Of a stretch of DNA of 64,000 nt, positions 14,185 to 26,834 are shown in pieces. The position numbers and the translations under genes are program-made. Source of the stretch: Octopus vulgaris (lineage: Eukaryota); the NCBI GenBank assembly GCA_951406725.2, contig OX597831.1, forward strand, positions 57,536,001 to 57,600,000. The letters run 5' to 3'. Under the pieces are notes generated by a model. That model had not been told where the DNA came from, made no database searches, and saw only the letters and a list, made by a program, of their open reading frames with translations. Within the stretch, counting starts at the first letter, position 1. Each line of letters begins with the position of its first letter.

Positions 14185-14675
14185 ATTTTTCTTTATTGCC
14201 CACAAGGGGCTAAACACAGAGGGGACAAACAAGGACAGACAAAGAGATTAAGTCGATTGCATCGACCCCCAGTGCGTAACTGGTACTTACTTACTTGCAG
14301 GCAGCGAGCTGGCAGAAACGTTAGCACGCCGGGCAAAATGCTTAGCAGTATTTCGTCTGCTACTACATTCTGAGTTCAAATTCCACCGAGGTTGACTTTG
14401 CCTTTCATCCTTTCGGGGTCGATAAATTAAGTACCAGTTATGCACTGGGGTCGATGTAATTGACTTAATCCCTTTATCTGTCCTTGTTTGTCCCCTCTGT
14501 GTTTAGCCTCTTGTGGGTAGTAAAGAAATAGAAATAGGTACTTACTTAATTGACCCTGAAAGGATGAAAGGCAAAGTCGACCTCGGTGGAACTTGAACTC
14601 AGAATGAATTGGCAGACGAAATACCACTAAGCATTCCGCCTGGCATGCTAACAATTCTGCCAGCTCGCCGCCCTA
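14185..14675. mobile_element. tRNA-derived SINE family B (minus) containing a nested plus-strand copy of the same family
   Basis: Outer TSD CATCAAATCTCTATA (14169-14183 / 14676-14690). The inner copy starts GGCAGCGAGCTGGCAGAAACG at about 14299. The core GCCTTTCATCCTTTCGGGGTCGATAAA resembles the Meta-SINE domain. Confidence 0.85.
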
Positions 14676-15619
14676 CATCAAATCTCTATAACTCACTTTC
14701 TACTGTCCACATTCGCTCCACCACACCCCATTAGCATCAACTGACCTCATCATTCTAGAAAGGAAAGCTAAGGAAACTATTAATCCAGGAAGCCTCCAAT
14801 GGTTATGGCAGCTATTAATCGAGAAGGCTTGCATAAGTTATGGGTGTTACTAATCCAAAGGACCAGCAGAGGCCATGAGTGTTACGAGTCTAAGGATGCC
14901 TGTTAAATTTTAGGTACTGCATCTCCTTCTTGAAATAAATGTTAAGTGAAGTAGGACTTGTCACTAATGGTGATGATGAATGTGTTAACAGCTTAAACTG
15001 CCTTGGTACTTTTAGCTAAGTAGATTTTACAAGCATATGAGATTTCTAACACCACTTCCCTGTTCTTATGTGCCTTTAAGTAGCAGAGATCACTCTTGCA
15101 AACATTTACTGATAGATGCTTTTTGGTGGTGCATTAGTCACGTCAATCACACCAGTTTACAAGAGCCTGCAGTTTCAAGGGTCTGTCCCTGCTCCGGAAA
15201 CAAACTTCTCCAAAAACAAATTTCATTAACCATTCAGTATTTGTGCAGGAGGGCAGGATTCAGTATTTATAATATTCAGTATTATAAACCTGATGGAGTC
15301 CTTCTCTATCCAGGTCAGAACACAGGGAGACTGTGAAAGAAGAATCGTCTCCAGTACAGTGACCGATATTTTATTTATCGATCTCAAAAAGGATGAAAAA
15401 TAAAAAAGCACAGAGGACGAAAACAAACACTGTAAAACATTCTGCCTGAGCTTGATAAGTCGCCATCTCAACAGGATACATAATGAAACTCCGAGTCATC
15501 TCCCTTACATTTTCTGATCATGGTACATAACTCTAACTTCAAGCTACATAACTAGGAAATAGTACATTTTATGCGCTAATAATGAATATACATGCATGAA
15601 TTTGAAAGCCTGTTAACTC

Positions 15620-16240
15620 ACAAAATTACACCATTCCTCTGCTCTTAGCATCCTTACAGACCACCAGATAACACAGTGAGGGACTCAGTTGAAGGCTTTC
15701 TCTAGGTTAATGAAAGCTAACTATAATGACTAACTTTTAGTTGCCTCACTAGAAAGGGAGTATCAGTAGTACTCCATCCTGGCACAAAACCAAACTGCAT
15801 CTCATCTAGACTAATTCTCTTCCTAATTAAATGCTCTTTCTGTAATTTCCACAGCCTGGTCCAGCAATGTGATACCTCAGTACTTACTTCTGTTCAAGGT
15901 GTCTCCTTTACCCTTGCAACAGTTGACTAAATGCTGGTATACCAGTCATTAGATATGACTCCTTCCTGCACAAACTGACTAGGCTGTATCCTACATCACC
16001 TGATATTTTAAGCATCACAGCAGTGATTTCTGATGGACTAGGAGCTTTCCCTGACTTCATATCCTAAACTGTTTTATCGATCATAAAGCTGTCAACTAGG
16101 ATAGCTGGTCCATCTGTTGGGTCCACTTTGGGAAGATCCTCTGTCTCTCACACATTATCCACATTTAATAACCTTTTATGGTAGCATTTCAATGCCTCTT
16201 TCTTTTCAGAATCACTGAGTGTGAGTGTACCATTATACAT
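15620..16240 (-). mobile_element. Degenerate RTE LINE reverse-transcriptase fragment
   Basis: Minus-strand translation gives DEMQFGFVPGWSTTD and AFINLEKAFN*VPHCVIWWSVRML. Confidence 0.8.
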
Positions 16241-17379
16241 TCACACACTTCTCACCTAAAAAATCTTGATTTCTCAGAATACACTGTCTAACAATCTCGA
16301 ACATTTCACACCTTTGATCCTCACAAGGAGAAAGGAGAGGAGAATAAAAAAAGGGGGCAGAAAGCGAAAACAGGTACGAGTGGTAAGATGGAAGAAAAAT
16401 ACAAACAGAGCGTAAAGCAAGTGACAATTGGCAGAAATAGTGTTGGCAAACGTCTGCATACTCTCCCACCAATCATCATAATCATTTAATGTTCGTTTTC
16501 CATGCTGGCATAGGTTGGACGGTTTGACAGTAACTGGCAGCTGAAGAGCTGCCTGGGCTCAATGTCTGTTTTGGCATAGTTTCTACAGCTGGATGCCCTT
16601 CCTAACATCAACTACTTTACAGAGTGTACGGGGTGTTTTTACACAGAACTGGCACAGTTGCTTCTTACATAGCACCAGCCCCCACAAGCCTACAAGATTA
16701 GGATTGCTCAGCTGAAGATGGAAGCAGGGGACACACCTATGCATGTAAGCATTATATACTCACCTACGCATACATATATACTCTGTGAAGACCTGTTGAG
16801 GCAGAGGCAAGTGTGTGACACCTTGTGAAGACCTGTTGAGGCAGAGGCAAGTGTGTGACACTTGTGGAGACCTGGTGAGGCAAGTGTGTGACACGCGTGA
16901 CACTTGTGAAGACCTGTTGAGGCAAGTGAAAATCAAAATCAAACCAAATCAAAATAGATGAACAAGACCCGGCAAAAATCAAATCAAATCAAATCAAATC
17001 AAAACAAATCAAAATAGATGAACATAAATGGAATTTGTATCTTTGTGGTACCAGTGCCGGTGGCACACAAGAAAATCATCCGAACGTGGCCGAAGGGCAT
17101 CCAGCTGTAGAAACACTGCCAGATCTGACTGGCCTGGTGCAGCCTTCGGGCTCCCCAGACCCCAGTTGAACCGTCCAACCCATGCTAGCATGGAAAACGG
17201 ACGCTAACTGATGATGATGATGATGATGATGAGGTGGTTGGCGTTGGAAAGGGCACTTAACCATAAAAACCGTGCCAAAACAAACACGAAGTCTGGTGCA
17301 GTCGTCTGCCTGGCCAGCTTCTGTCAAACCGTCCAACCCATGCCAGCATGGAAGACAGACGTTAAACAATAATGATGAT

Positions 17380-17602
17380 GAGCTGGCAGAAACGTTAGCA
17401 CGCCGGGCGAAATGTGGAGCCGTATTTCGTCTGCCGTTACGTTCTGAGTTCAAATTCAGCCGAGGTCCACTTTGTCTTTCATCCTTTCGGGGTCAATAAA
17501 TTAAGTACCAGTTACGCACTGGGATCAATGTAATCGACTTAATCCATTTGTCTGTCCTTGTTTGTCCCCTCTATGTTTAGCCCCTTGTGGGTAATAAAGA
17601 AA
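17380..17602 (+). mobile_element. SINE family B copy
   Basis: GAGCTGGCAGAAACGTTAGC...GAGTTCAAATTC...GGGTAATAAAGAAA. Other copies at about 43045-43180 and 62450-62600. Confidence 0.85.
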
Positions 17603-17740
17603 CAGATATATTCAACACATATAAGTAAGTGTGGGATGGCTGAAGGGAGTACAGCTAGAACAAAGCAATTTTCTAAACCGTTCACTATGCCTGCACCATA
17701 TATACACATATATGACATACACACAAATACACAAAATTAC

Positions 17741-17866
17741 CATAGTGATGAAAAGATCAGTCCAAACTCCAATTTCATCTTTTGATACTGAACCAAGCCA
17801 TTTGTTCTTTGTTGAAGAGATGCTGGCTACTCTTTCATCCAAAAGTATAAATGGAGTACACACAGA
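17741..17866 (-). CDS. SLC5A7: SLC5A7-like coding exon 5 (SVCTPFILLDERVASISSTKNKWLGSVSKDEIGVWTDLFITM)
   Basis: 126 nt, ttaacAG acceptor and GTAATT donor, phase 0-0. Matches human WISVPFAL...[21 protein letters not shown]. Confidence 0.88.
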
Positions 17867-20800
17867 CTGTTAAAAAGAAATTTCAAAAGAAAATGAACAA
17901 ATATTTAATTGTTAATATTGCTAACACATAAACATATGCTGTTACATTAATGAAGCAAATAACATTCATGATTTAGGCACTTTGCAAATAAAAAGATGAA
18001 GTCAATACCAGAACATGTCGCAAGGTTCACAGACAATCGGTGGAGTTATGCAGTTGTCGAGTGGTACCCGCGCAAGCATAAGAGACCACTCAGAAGAGCT
18101 CTAATCAGGTGGGAAGATGATTCAAGGAAAATGTTTGGAACAATGTAGAGGAGAATGACAAGAGCACAATCCAGGTAATATATTCAGTAGGATCATCATC
18201 ATCATCGCTTAACGTCTGCTTTCCATGCTAGCATGGGTTGGACGATTTGACAGAGGGCTGGCAAACCAGATAGCTGCACCAGGCTCCAATCTTGATCTTG
18301 CAGAGTTTCTGCAGCTGGATGCCCTTCCTAACGCCAACCACTCCAAGAGTGTAGTGGGTGCTTTTTACGTGCCACCGGCATGGGGGCCAGTCAGACAGTA
18401 CTGGCAACGACCTCGCTCGAATGTTTTTACACGTGCCACCAGCACAAGTGCCAGTAAGGTGATGCTGGTAACGATCGCGCTCAAATGGTGCCTTTTACGT
18501 GCCACCAGCATGGAAGCCAGTTAGTCGCTCTGGCAATGATCACACTCGGATGGTGCTCTTAGCACCCTACTAGCACGGGGCACAAGTGCCAGTAAGGCGA
18601 CGCTGGTAATGATCACACTTGAATGGTGCCTTTTATGTGTCACTGGCACGGAAGCTGGTTAGCAGCTTTGTCAATGATCAAACTCGTATGGTGCTCTTTG
18701 CACCCCGCTAGCACAGATGCCATTCATCGAATCTGATTTCGATTTGGGTGCAATACAAAAAAATATGTTCAAGAGAATGTGACAAATATAACCGACCAGA
18801 ATAGATATAAAGATAGCAAGTATATAATCAAAGAGAAAGCAACTGAACAATGGCATGGAACTGCTTGGTCATAGTCGATAGGTAGATAACTGAATTGCTA
18901 GGACAATGTACTAAAATGCCGTGTGGTATTTGGTTATGATTCTTTACAATCTGAGTTCAAATCCTACCCAAGCTAACTTTGTCTTTCATCCTTCCAAGGT
19001 CATTAAAATAAGTACTGGGTTGATGTATTCAATAATACACTAGAAGACAGTGCCCCAGTATGGCCATGCTTCAACAACTGAAACCAGTACGGGTGGTAAG
19101 ATGGAAGAAAAGTACGAACAGAATGTAAAGTAAGTGACAATTGGCAGAAATAGTGTTGGCAAACGTCTGTATACTCTCCCACCAATCATCATAATCATTT
19201 AATGTTCGTTTTCCATCTTGTCTTGATTTGAGGAAGATTTTGTTGTTATTTCTCTTAAGTCTAGTTATTACACGGCAGCGTCTCTCATTGCTTTGAGGGA
19301 AATTTGGTTGCTATTTCTAATAGATCTAACTACCATGTGAAGGTCTCCCTTGTTAGCTCATACATATGCATACAAACATAAAAACAATAGGATGTGATCT
19401 GGGGAAGATTTGGCTGCTATTTCTATTACTTACCATGCAGATGTTTCCCTTATTGGGCCATACATACACAAGACAGTAGGGGGGGATGTCAGGGAGATTT
19501 CTACCCTCTCCAGCTACCTTATAAAAGTTACCCTTGTTAGCTCATACACAAATACACACACATACACATGCATTCATACATATATGCATAATAAGACATC
19601 AGGTATGTTAATGTTAATATACTAAATGCAAGGAGCAAAGCATAGTCATGTTATTTAGTCTCATCCTCATTAACTGAATGTACTCTCTTTACTCTTTTAC
19701 TTGTTTCAGTCATTTGACTGCGGCCATGCTGGAGCACCGCCTTTAATCAAGCAACTCGACCCCGGGACTTATTCTTTTGTAAGCCCAGTATTTATTCTAT
19801 CGGTCTCTTTTTGCCGAACCGCTAAGTGACGGGGACATAAACACACCAGCATCGGTTGTCAAGCAATGCTAGGGAGACAAACACAGACACACAAACACAC
19901 ACATACAAATATATATATACATATATACGACAGGCTTCTTTCAGTTTCCGTCTACCAAATCCACTCACAAGGCTTTGGTCGGCCCAAGGCTATAGTAGAA
20001 GACACTTGCCCAAGGTGCCACGCAGTGGGACTGAACCCGGAACCATGTGGTTGGTTAGCAAGCTACTTACCACACAGCCACTCCTACGCCTATTTAAAAG
20101 TTTAGTTTCAATAACAGTTAAAGAAGTAATAATAATGACTGAGAATAGAAAGGAGTAAACAATAGACCATATGTTCAGTTGTTTATTCTCTACAGCCATT
20201 ATGTTATATCTGGGCAAGGTATGTAACTCTGCTTGCTTCTGGCTGCTTAATGGGTAATTGCTATCAATGGTTTAATCAGAGGAGGAAGAACAGCACCCAT
20301 GGCCCTTTGCAAGGTATTCATAATAGGTAGAAAGGAAAACAGGAAGTTATCCCCAGACATGAAACTTGGCCCGGGTACTTGCAACAATGTAGGCTGCAAT
20401 AAGGGCATCTAAAAGTCCTGGTGGTGGCAATGAACTAAGTGATGGATTAAGTCTACAAACCCATGAATGAAGAAATTATAACTCTAACAGGCTTTTACAT
20501 AGTATCTGTCTACCAAATTTCACTCACAAATCTTTATTCAACCATCATCATTAGCAGCAGCAGCATTTAACGTCTTCTCACCATGCTGGCATGGGTTGGA
20601 CGGTTTGATATGGAGCTGTCCAGACTTGAACTATCTGCTGTGGCCTGGTTTCTACGACTGGATGCTCTTCCTAATGCCAACCACTCCATAAAGTGTACTG
20701 GGTGCTTTCTACATTTCACCGTTACCAGCGTCGCCTTACTGGCACTTGTGCCGGTGACACGTAAAAAAGAAAAACGTTTTCCGTGACATTTGCCAGTACT

Positions 20801-21010
20801 GCCTGACTGACTGGCCCTCATGACGGTGGCACGTAAAAAGCACCCACCACACTCTCAGAGTGGTTGGCATTAGGAAGGGCATCCAGCTGTAGAAACTCTG
20901 CAAAATCAAGATTGGAGACTGGTGCAGCCATTCTGGTTCGCCAGTCCTCAGTCAAATCTTCCAACCCATGCTAGCATGGAAAGCAGACATAAACGACGAT
21001 GATGATGATG

Positions 21011-21130
21011 ACTGGCATGGGCGCATTTACACAGCACTGGCACATGTACGTTAATGCAGCACTAGCACAGGTGTGTTAATGCAGCACCAGCACAGGTGTG
21101 CTAACGTAACACCGGAACAGGTGCTTTTTC
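21011..21130 (+). repeat. Short tandem repeat, about 25-bp unit (CAGCAC[C/T]AGCACAGGTGTG[C/T]TAATG)
   Basis: About 4 degenerate tandem units are visible. Confidence 0.6.
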
Positions 21131-22549
21131 AGTGACACCAACACCTGAAAAGACAAGCCAGTATGTAGAGAAAAATGCAATTTTACTTAGCTTGACATCT
21201 CTTGTCAAGAACAGCAAATGGCCACATCTCCTGATCCTTTGTCATTTCCTCAAACCCTATGTTATAGTTACTTACTTAAGCCCTTCACACCCTATGGAAC
21301 ACAGGCCATCTACAACTTTTCTTCACTGTCCCTGACCTAGAGCTGCCTTTTTCACCTCTCCGCATTTAGATCCCTGCTTTTATTTTGCTGCACCACATCA
21401 CATGTTTCACTGAAGGAAGACCTTTCTATCCTGGGTCCTGATGGGTTTGAATTGTCATTAATGTTTCTGTAACTTTGTTTTATTTTTCTCAGTATGATTG
21501 TTGGCCCTACATAGTTCCATTTTTACCACTGGGAAGGGATGATCCATATTTGTCTGACCGCTAACCTTTATTTAACCTCTCCAATATGGGAGGCCTGGAG
21601 GCCTTACCAAGAGTTTGCACTCTACTGGCAAAGCTTTCACTATCACTGAGACACACAAGCCATCAAACTGCAACAAGGTCTAGACCTAATGGTGGCCAAT
21701 TCTATAGTAGAAGACATTCACTCAAGGTGCGGTAAAATGGGCTTGAACCCTAAACCACAAAGTTTCAAAATGAACTTCTCAACTGCACAGCATGCCACAG
21801 TTCAGTGATTTACAAAAGATAAGGGTACTGATCTGTAAAACAATCACTCCATATGATATGTATGTTGCTCCTGTTCACTCAGCTGTAGAAACGAGTTGCG
21901 ATGTCACTGGTGCCAAGCTGTATTGGCCTTTGGCTTTCCCTTGGATAACATCAGTGGTGTGGAAAAGGGAGACTGGTTTGTGTGGGCAACTGCTGGTCTT
22001 CCATAAACAATTTTGCTTGGACTTGTACCTTGGAAGGAAACTTTCTAGGTGTAATCCCATGATCATTCATGGCCAAAGCGGGTCTTTACCCTCTTCCTTT
22101 ACCAGTACAGGCTACAGGCAACACAAACTATTATAACAAACTTTCCATAACAGAATTAAAATAATGAGCAATTACTACGTCTATCTTTGAAGGTTCCATG
22201 TGGATGGAATTCCAGTTTATGTTAGGATTAACCCCATGCTATTGCTGGTACTGATTTTTGGTTGAATAGACTAAAACAACGAGAAATGAAGTGTGTTGCT
22301 CAAGAGCATAACACATGGTCCTATCAGGGAATCAAATGCACAACCCTGTGATTGTAAGTTCAATACTCTATCAACCAGGCTTCATGCCATCTCACGAAAC
22401 CACATAAACGCCCAAATTTGGAAAAAAAACTTTTCCTTACCCATATTACCAAATATTTTATCTTTTACTCATTTCAGCCATGATGGGGTACTGCCTTGAA
22501 GCATTTTTAATCAAATGTATCAACCCCAGTACTTATTTTTTAAAGTCTG

Positions 22550-22870
22550 ATTTTTCAAACTCCACCTGTCTAACACCCGTGGACATGTTTACAAAGTCAG
22601 AAAACAGCACAGCTCCCATGACTTTCGGAAACATTTTTTCATGCTAAGAGTTGCTGAAGTATGGAACAGACTGCTGGCATCAGTTGTTAGTTGTCAGAGC
22701 ACTGCAAATCAGACACCTGATTTTCTCCCCTCCATACACATGCAAGCATGTATCTGACTCATACACTGATCGCTTTCCAGACATTTGTACATTACTGAAT
22801 ATACGTTATACGCACTTTTTGACAAGTTGTGGTACACCTGAGCACTGTATACAATAATTTCATTATGTAT
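22550..22870 (+). mobile_element. CR1-type LINE 3' end
   Basis: Translates to TRGHVYKVRKQHSSHDFRKHFFMLRVAEVWNRL, a CR1 ORF2 C-terminal signature. Second copy at about 41050-41375. Confidence 0.8.
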
Positions 22871-24140
22871 TATATATATTCTATCGGCCCCTTTTGCTGA
22901 ACTGCTGGTTGTCAAGTGACGGTGGGGACAAACACAGACACACAAAGACGTATAATATACACACACACACACACACACACATACGACGGGCTCCTTTCAG
23001 TTTCTGTCTACCAAATCCACTCACAAGGCTTTGGTCAGCCTGAGGCTATAATAGAAGACACTTGCTCAAGATGCCATGTAGTGTAACTGAACCTAGCACC
23101 ATATGGTTGGGAAGCAAGCTATAAAAGAAAGCAAAAACAAACAAAAAAACATAGAAAGTACAACACTAATGAGGTCGTGAACAGCAATGAAAGGATTTTG
23201 ACAAACCTAGCTAAAAGATTGATTGACCAAACAAGTAATCAAGACTATCAATTAATTAATTGATTGATTAAATGGTTAACTAATTAACTAGTAATCTTTT
23301 CTATCATAGGCACAAGGGTGGAAATTTTGAGGGAAAGGGCTAGACATTTACGTCAACTTTGGTGCTTAACTGGTACTTATTTTATCAATGGATGTAAGGC
23401 AAAACTGACCTTGGCAAAATTTGAACTCAGATCATAAAGATGAACGAAACATCACTAAGCATTTTGTTAAGCATGCTAATAATTCAGACAGCTTGCTGCT
23501 TTTAATTAATAAGATGTAAAATAGAACCAGTGTGTGTATCTATTATTGGCATAATGAACCATGCTCCTGGACATACAAAATCTATTTCAACAAGAGTTCA
23601 CATCAAGAATCTTGCAACCAAATCATCATCATCATCGTTTAACGTCCGTTTTCCATGCTAGCATGGGTTGGATGGTTCGACCGGGATCTGGGAAGCCAGG
23701 AGGCTGCACCAGGCTCCAGTCTGATCTGGCAGTGTTTCTAGAGCTGGATGCCCTTCCTAACGCCAACCACTCCATGAGTGTAGTGGGTGGTTTTTTACGT
23801 GCCACCGGCACAGGTGCCAGGGGAGGCTGGCAATGGCCACGATCAGTTGGTGCTTTTTATGTGCCACCAGCACGGAAGCCAGTCAAGGCGGCGCTGGCAT
23901 CAGCCATATACGGATGGTGCTTTTTACTTGCCAGGGTAGGCTGGCAACGGGCACGAACGGTTGGTGCTTTTTATGTGCTACTAGCACGGAAGCCAGTCAA
24001 GGCAGCACTGGCATCAGCCACGAATACAAAAAAAAAAGAAAAAAAAGAAATAAAAGAACTCCGTAAAATATAAAAGGAAAGGGAACAAGAGAAGACATGA
24101 AGTATATCTCCAACTGGCTCCCGAGTATAATTGTACTTAC

Positions 24141-24289
24141 CATTCCAATAATAATAAATCCCAGCTGAATAACATCTGTATAAACAATTGCAAACATCTG
24201 ACCACTGACAGAATAAACAATAGTTACAAGGGCTGATATCACAATTGCTACGTTTGTATTAATGCCGGTCATTATTCCCAGACTGGTTC
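24141..24289 (-). CDS. SLC5A7: SLC5A7-like coding exon 4 (GTSLGIMTGINTNVAIVISALVTIVYSVSGQMFAIVYTDVIQLGFIIIGM)
   Basis: 149 nt, tttttcAG acceptor and GTAAGT donor, phase 1-0. Carries the SSF motif YTDVIQ (human AYTDVVQ). Confidence 0.95.
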
Positions 24290-25127
24290 CTGAAAAACAA
24301 TACATAAACCAGGGTCAAAGGAAAATTAAAACAGACAAAAAGAATTTGTATTTTCAAGCTTTTTTTTTTAGTTTTATTTACATATCATCATCATTTTAAA
24401 GTACACTTTTTTATGCTTGCATGAGTCAAATGGAATTTATTGAGACATATTTTCTATAGAGAGATGCCCTTCCAATTGTCAAACCTCACCTGTTTCCAAG
24501 CAAGGTAATATTTCTTGATAGCCAGACATGTCCTACATACAGAAACTGATAGATAAGTACCAGATTGAAAAAACAAGCACGAGGTCGTGATCAATTCAAA
24601 CTTTTCAAAACAGTGCTCCAGCTTGACCACAGACACATGAAGGAAACAAGTAAAAGAAGAAAAAGTATATCATCATCATTTAACGTCCGTTTTCCACGCT
24701 AGCATGGGTTGGACGGTTCGACCGGGGTCTGGAAGCCATGGAGGCTGCACCAGGCTCCAGTCTGATCTGGCAGTGTTTCTAGAGCTGGATGCCCTTCCTA
24801 ATGCCAACCACTCCTTGAGTGTAGTGGGTGGTTTTTACGTGCCACCGGCACAGGGGCCAGAGCAGGCTGGCAAACAGCCACGATCAGTTGGTGCTTTTAT
24901 GTGCCACCAACACGGACACCAGTCAGGCAACGCTGGCATCTGCCACGTTTGGACAGTGCTTTTTACTTGTCACCGGCATGGGTGTCTTAACTGCAATTTC
25001 CATTTGAATTTTTATTTTGATGTTGATGTACTTGACTCAATAGGTCTCCTCAAGAACAGCGGGTCACTCTACGATCCAAGGTTAATGTTACAATAAAAAA
25101 AATTCCTTTCATATTTTGTTAACTTAC

Positions 25128-25283
25128 CAAGTGCAATAAGAATGGAAGCTGACCACAGAAGATCTCCAAACAGGGCTATTAAGTATATCAGAACAACCAT
25201 CAGAGAGCCATACTTTTTGTGAAATGGATCCAACATCGTCATATATTTACATTCACGCATCTTTTTGGCAAATATGAGCCCAC
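25128..25283 (-). CDS. SLC5A7: SLC5A7-like coding exon 3 (GGLIFAKKMRECKYMTMLDPFHKKYGSLMVVLIYLIALFGDLLWSASILIAL+G)
   Basis: 156 nt, ttttgcAG acceptor and GTAAGT donor. Matches human [26 protein letters not shown]...EMFWAAAIFSALG. Confidence 0.95.
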
Positions 25284-25865
25284 CTGCAAAAAAAATAGTT
25301 AAGAATAGTTGTAATTATCTTAAAAGGATGGCAAAATAGTAAAATCGTTACAATACCAGACAAAATACTTAGTGGTATTACAAAATCTTTGTGTGTTCCG
25401 AGTTCAAATACTGCCGAGGTCAACTTTGCCTCTGATCTGTTAAGGGTCAATAAAGTACCAATTGAGCACTGGGGGTTGGTGTAATTGACTTACTCCTTCT
25501 TCAGAATTACTGGTCTAGTGCCAACGTTAGAAAGAATTATCATCATAAAAGAGGATGGAATGGCTGAGCATTGGATAAAATGCCTTGTGTTAGTATTTTT
25601 GTTATGGTTAAGTTCTGAGTTCAAATCCTGCTGAAGCTAACATTGTCTTTCATCCTTTGTAAATTGAAAGTAACAATCAAAAAAGGGTTGTTCTGGCCTT
25701 GTGCCTAGGTTAGAAAAAAATTACTATCTTGAAATACATTTTGATTGTTATTGCTATTCAAATGAAATGCTCTAAGGAACCTAGAGCATGAGATGGAAAG
25801 AGAATCTTATATGTATATACTTTTGTGTGTGTGTGTGTGTATGCATGCAGACATACATACATATA

Positions 25866-26070
25866 TGAGGTGGTTTCAAAAAGCTTCCAGACTAGTTCTG
25901 TAGAGCACCAACAAATGGCAGCACACGGTTGCATGTACAGTGAGAGCTAACAGTGACCTTCATGGGGCAGTGTGCTGAGTGATATCACTGTGTTTACTTC
26001 ACAAGTTGTGAAATTTGAGCTTTTGTGACCATGTGTAGTCTGGGATTTTGTCATGGACAAAAAGAGAGGT
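25866..26070 (+). mobile_element. Tc1/mariner-type non-autonomous element 5' end
   Basis: TA-TGAGGTGGTTTCAAAAAGCTTCCAGACT resembles mariner TIR starts. Confidence 0.35.
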
Positions 26071-26237
26071 AGGAGATAAAGGAGAAGGTGTATGGTTGTT
26101 GAAAGAAGCAATCAAAAACAAAACAGTACCAAAAAATAGATTTAAATTAATAATTGGAGAGAATAATTAATGATGATTACGGAGATGTACTTGCATAGCG
26201 AGTGACTTGATCTGAGATCATGTGCTGGAACGAAAAG

Positions 26238-26499
26238 AATTGCAGCATGGAAGGTGTTTATAAGCCATTTAAGAAACACACAAAAACCATTAGATTCACT
26301 GCAACATTTAAATTTAATTTATCAAAATATTTTTGTCACTTTGAGACCGCGACCTGTTCAAGACAAAACTTCGTGCTGAACAGGTCGCGGTCTCAAAGCG
26401 ACGAAAATATTTTGACAAATTAAATTTAAATGTTGAAGTGAATCTAACGGTTTTTGTGTGTTTCTTAAATGGCTTATAAACACCTTCCACGCTGCAATT
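26238..26499. repeat. Near-perfect palindrome: 123-bp arms with a 16-nt loop
   Basis: 26238-26360 versus the reverse complement of 26377-26499: 6 mismatches, counted by eye. Confidence 0.95.
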
Positions 26500-26600
26500 A
26501 ATGATGAGTTTAACCAATAGTTTGAGGCCTCTCTGCAAGCCTGTTTCTTTTGTCTAATTAAAACTGACATTTATAATGGTCAAGATAAACAAATACTTAC

Positions 26601-26708
26601 CAAATATTAAGCCAAAGAGGATTCCTACAGGGGCTAATGTCCAGACTAAACCATAAGTGGCCACAGACTCAGCAGTACCATTTAAAAACCCTCCGCCAAC
26701 AATGGTAG
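26601..26708 (-). CDS. SLC5A7: SLC5A7-like coding exon 2 (ATIVGGGFLNGTAESVATYGLVWTLAPVGILFGLIF+G)
   Basis: 108 nt, tttttAG acceptor and GTAAGT donor, phase 1-1. Aligns to human ATWVGGGYINGTAEAV...GLAWAQAPIGY. Not in the ORF track; translated by hand. Confidence 0.93.
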
Positions 26709-26834
26709 CTAAAAATGAGAAATACAACATATCAGTTTGGTATAAAAGAGAAATTGCGAAAGAATAAATTGTTTTAATATAATTTCTAAGCTATGAAGTG
26801 CATTCCAGAAGTTTTGAGACTTTTTTCTTAGGAG

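Noticed and set aside
17539-17724. Hydrophobic minus-strand ORF just downstream of exon 5 as a possible exon 6
   Set aside because: No similarity to the expected GGIPWQxYFQRVLS segment, and it runs into a SINE.
19856-20158. Recurrent ORFs such as RRASFSFRLPNPLTRLWSARGYSRRHLPKVPRSG and QSDLAVFLQLDALPNANH
   Set aside because: Antisense translations of SINE A and RTE tail repeats.
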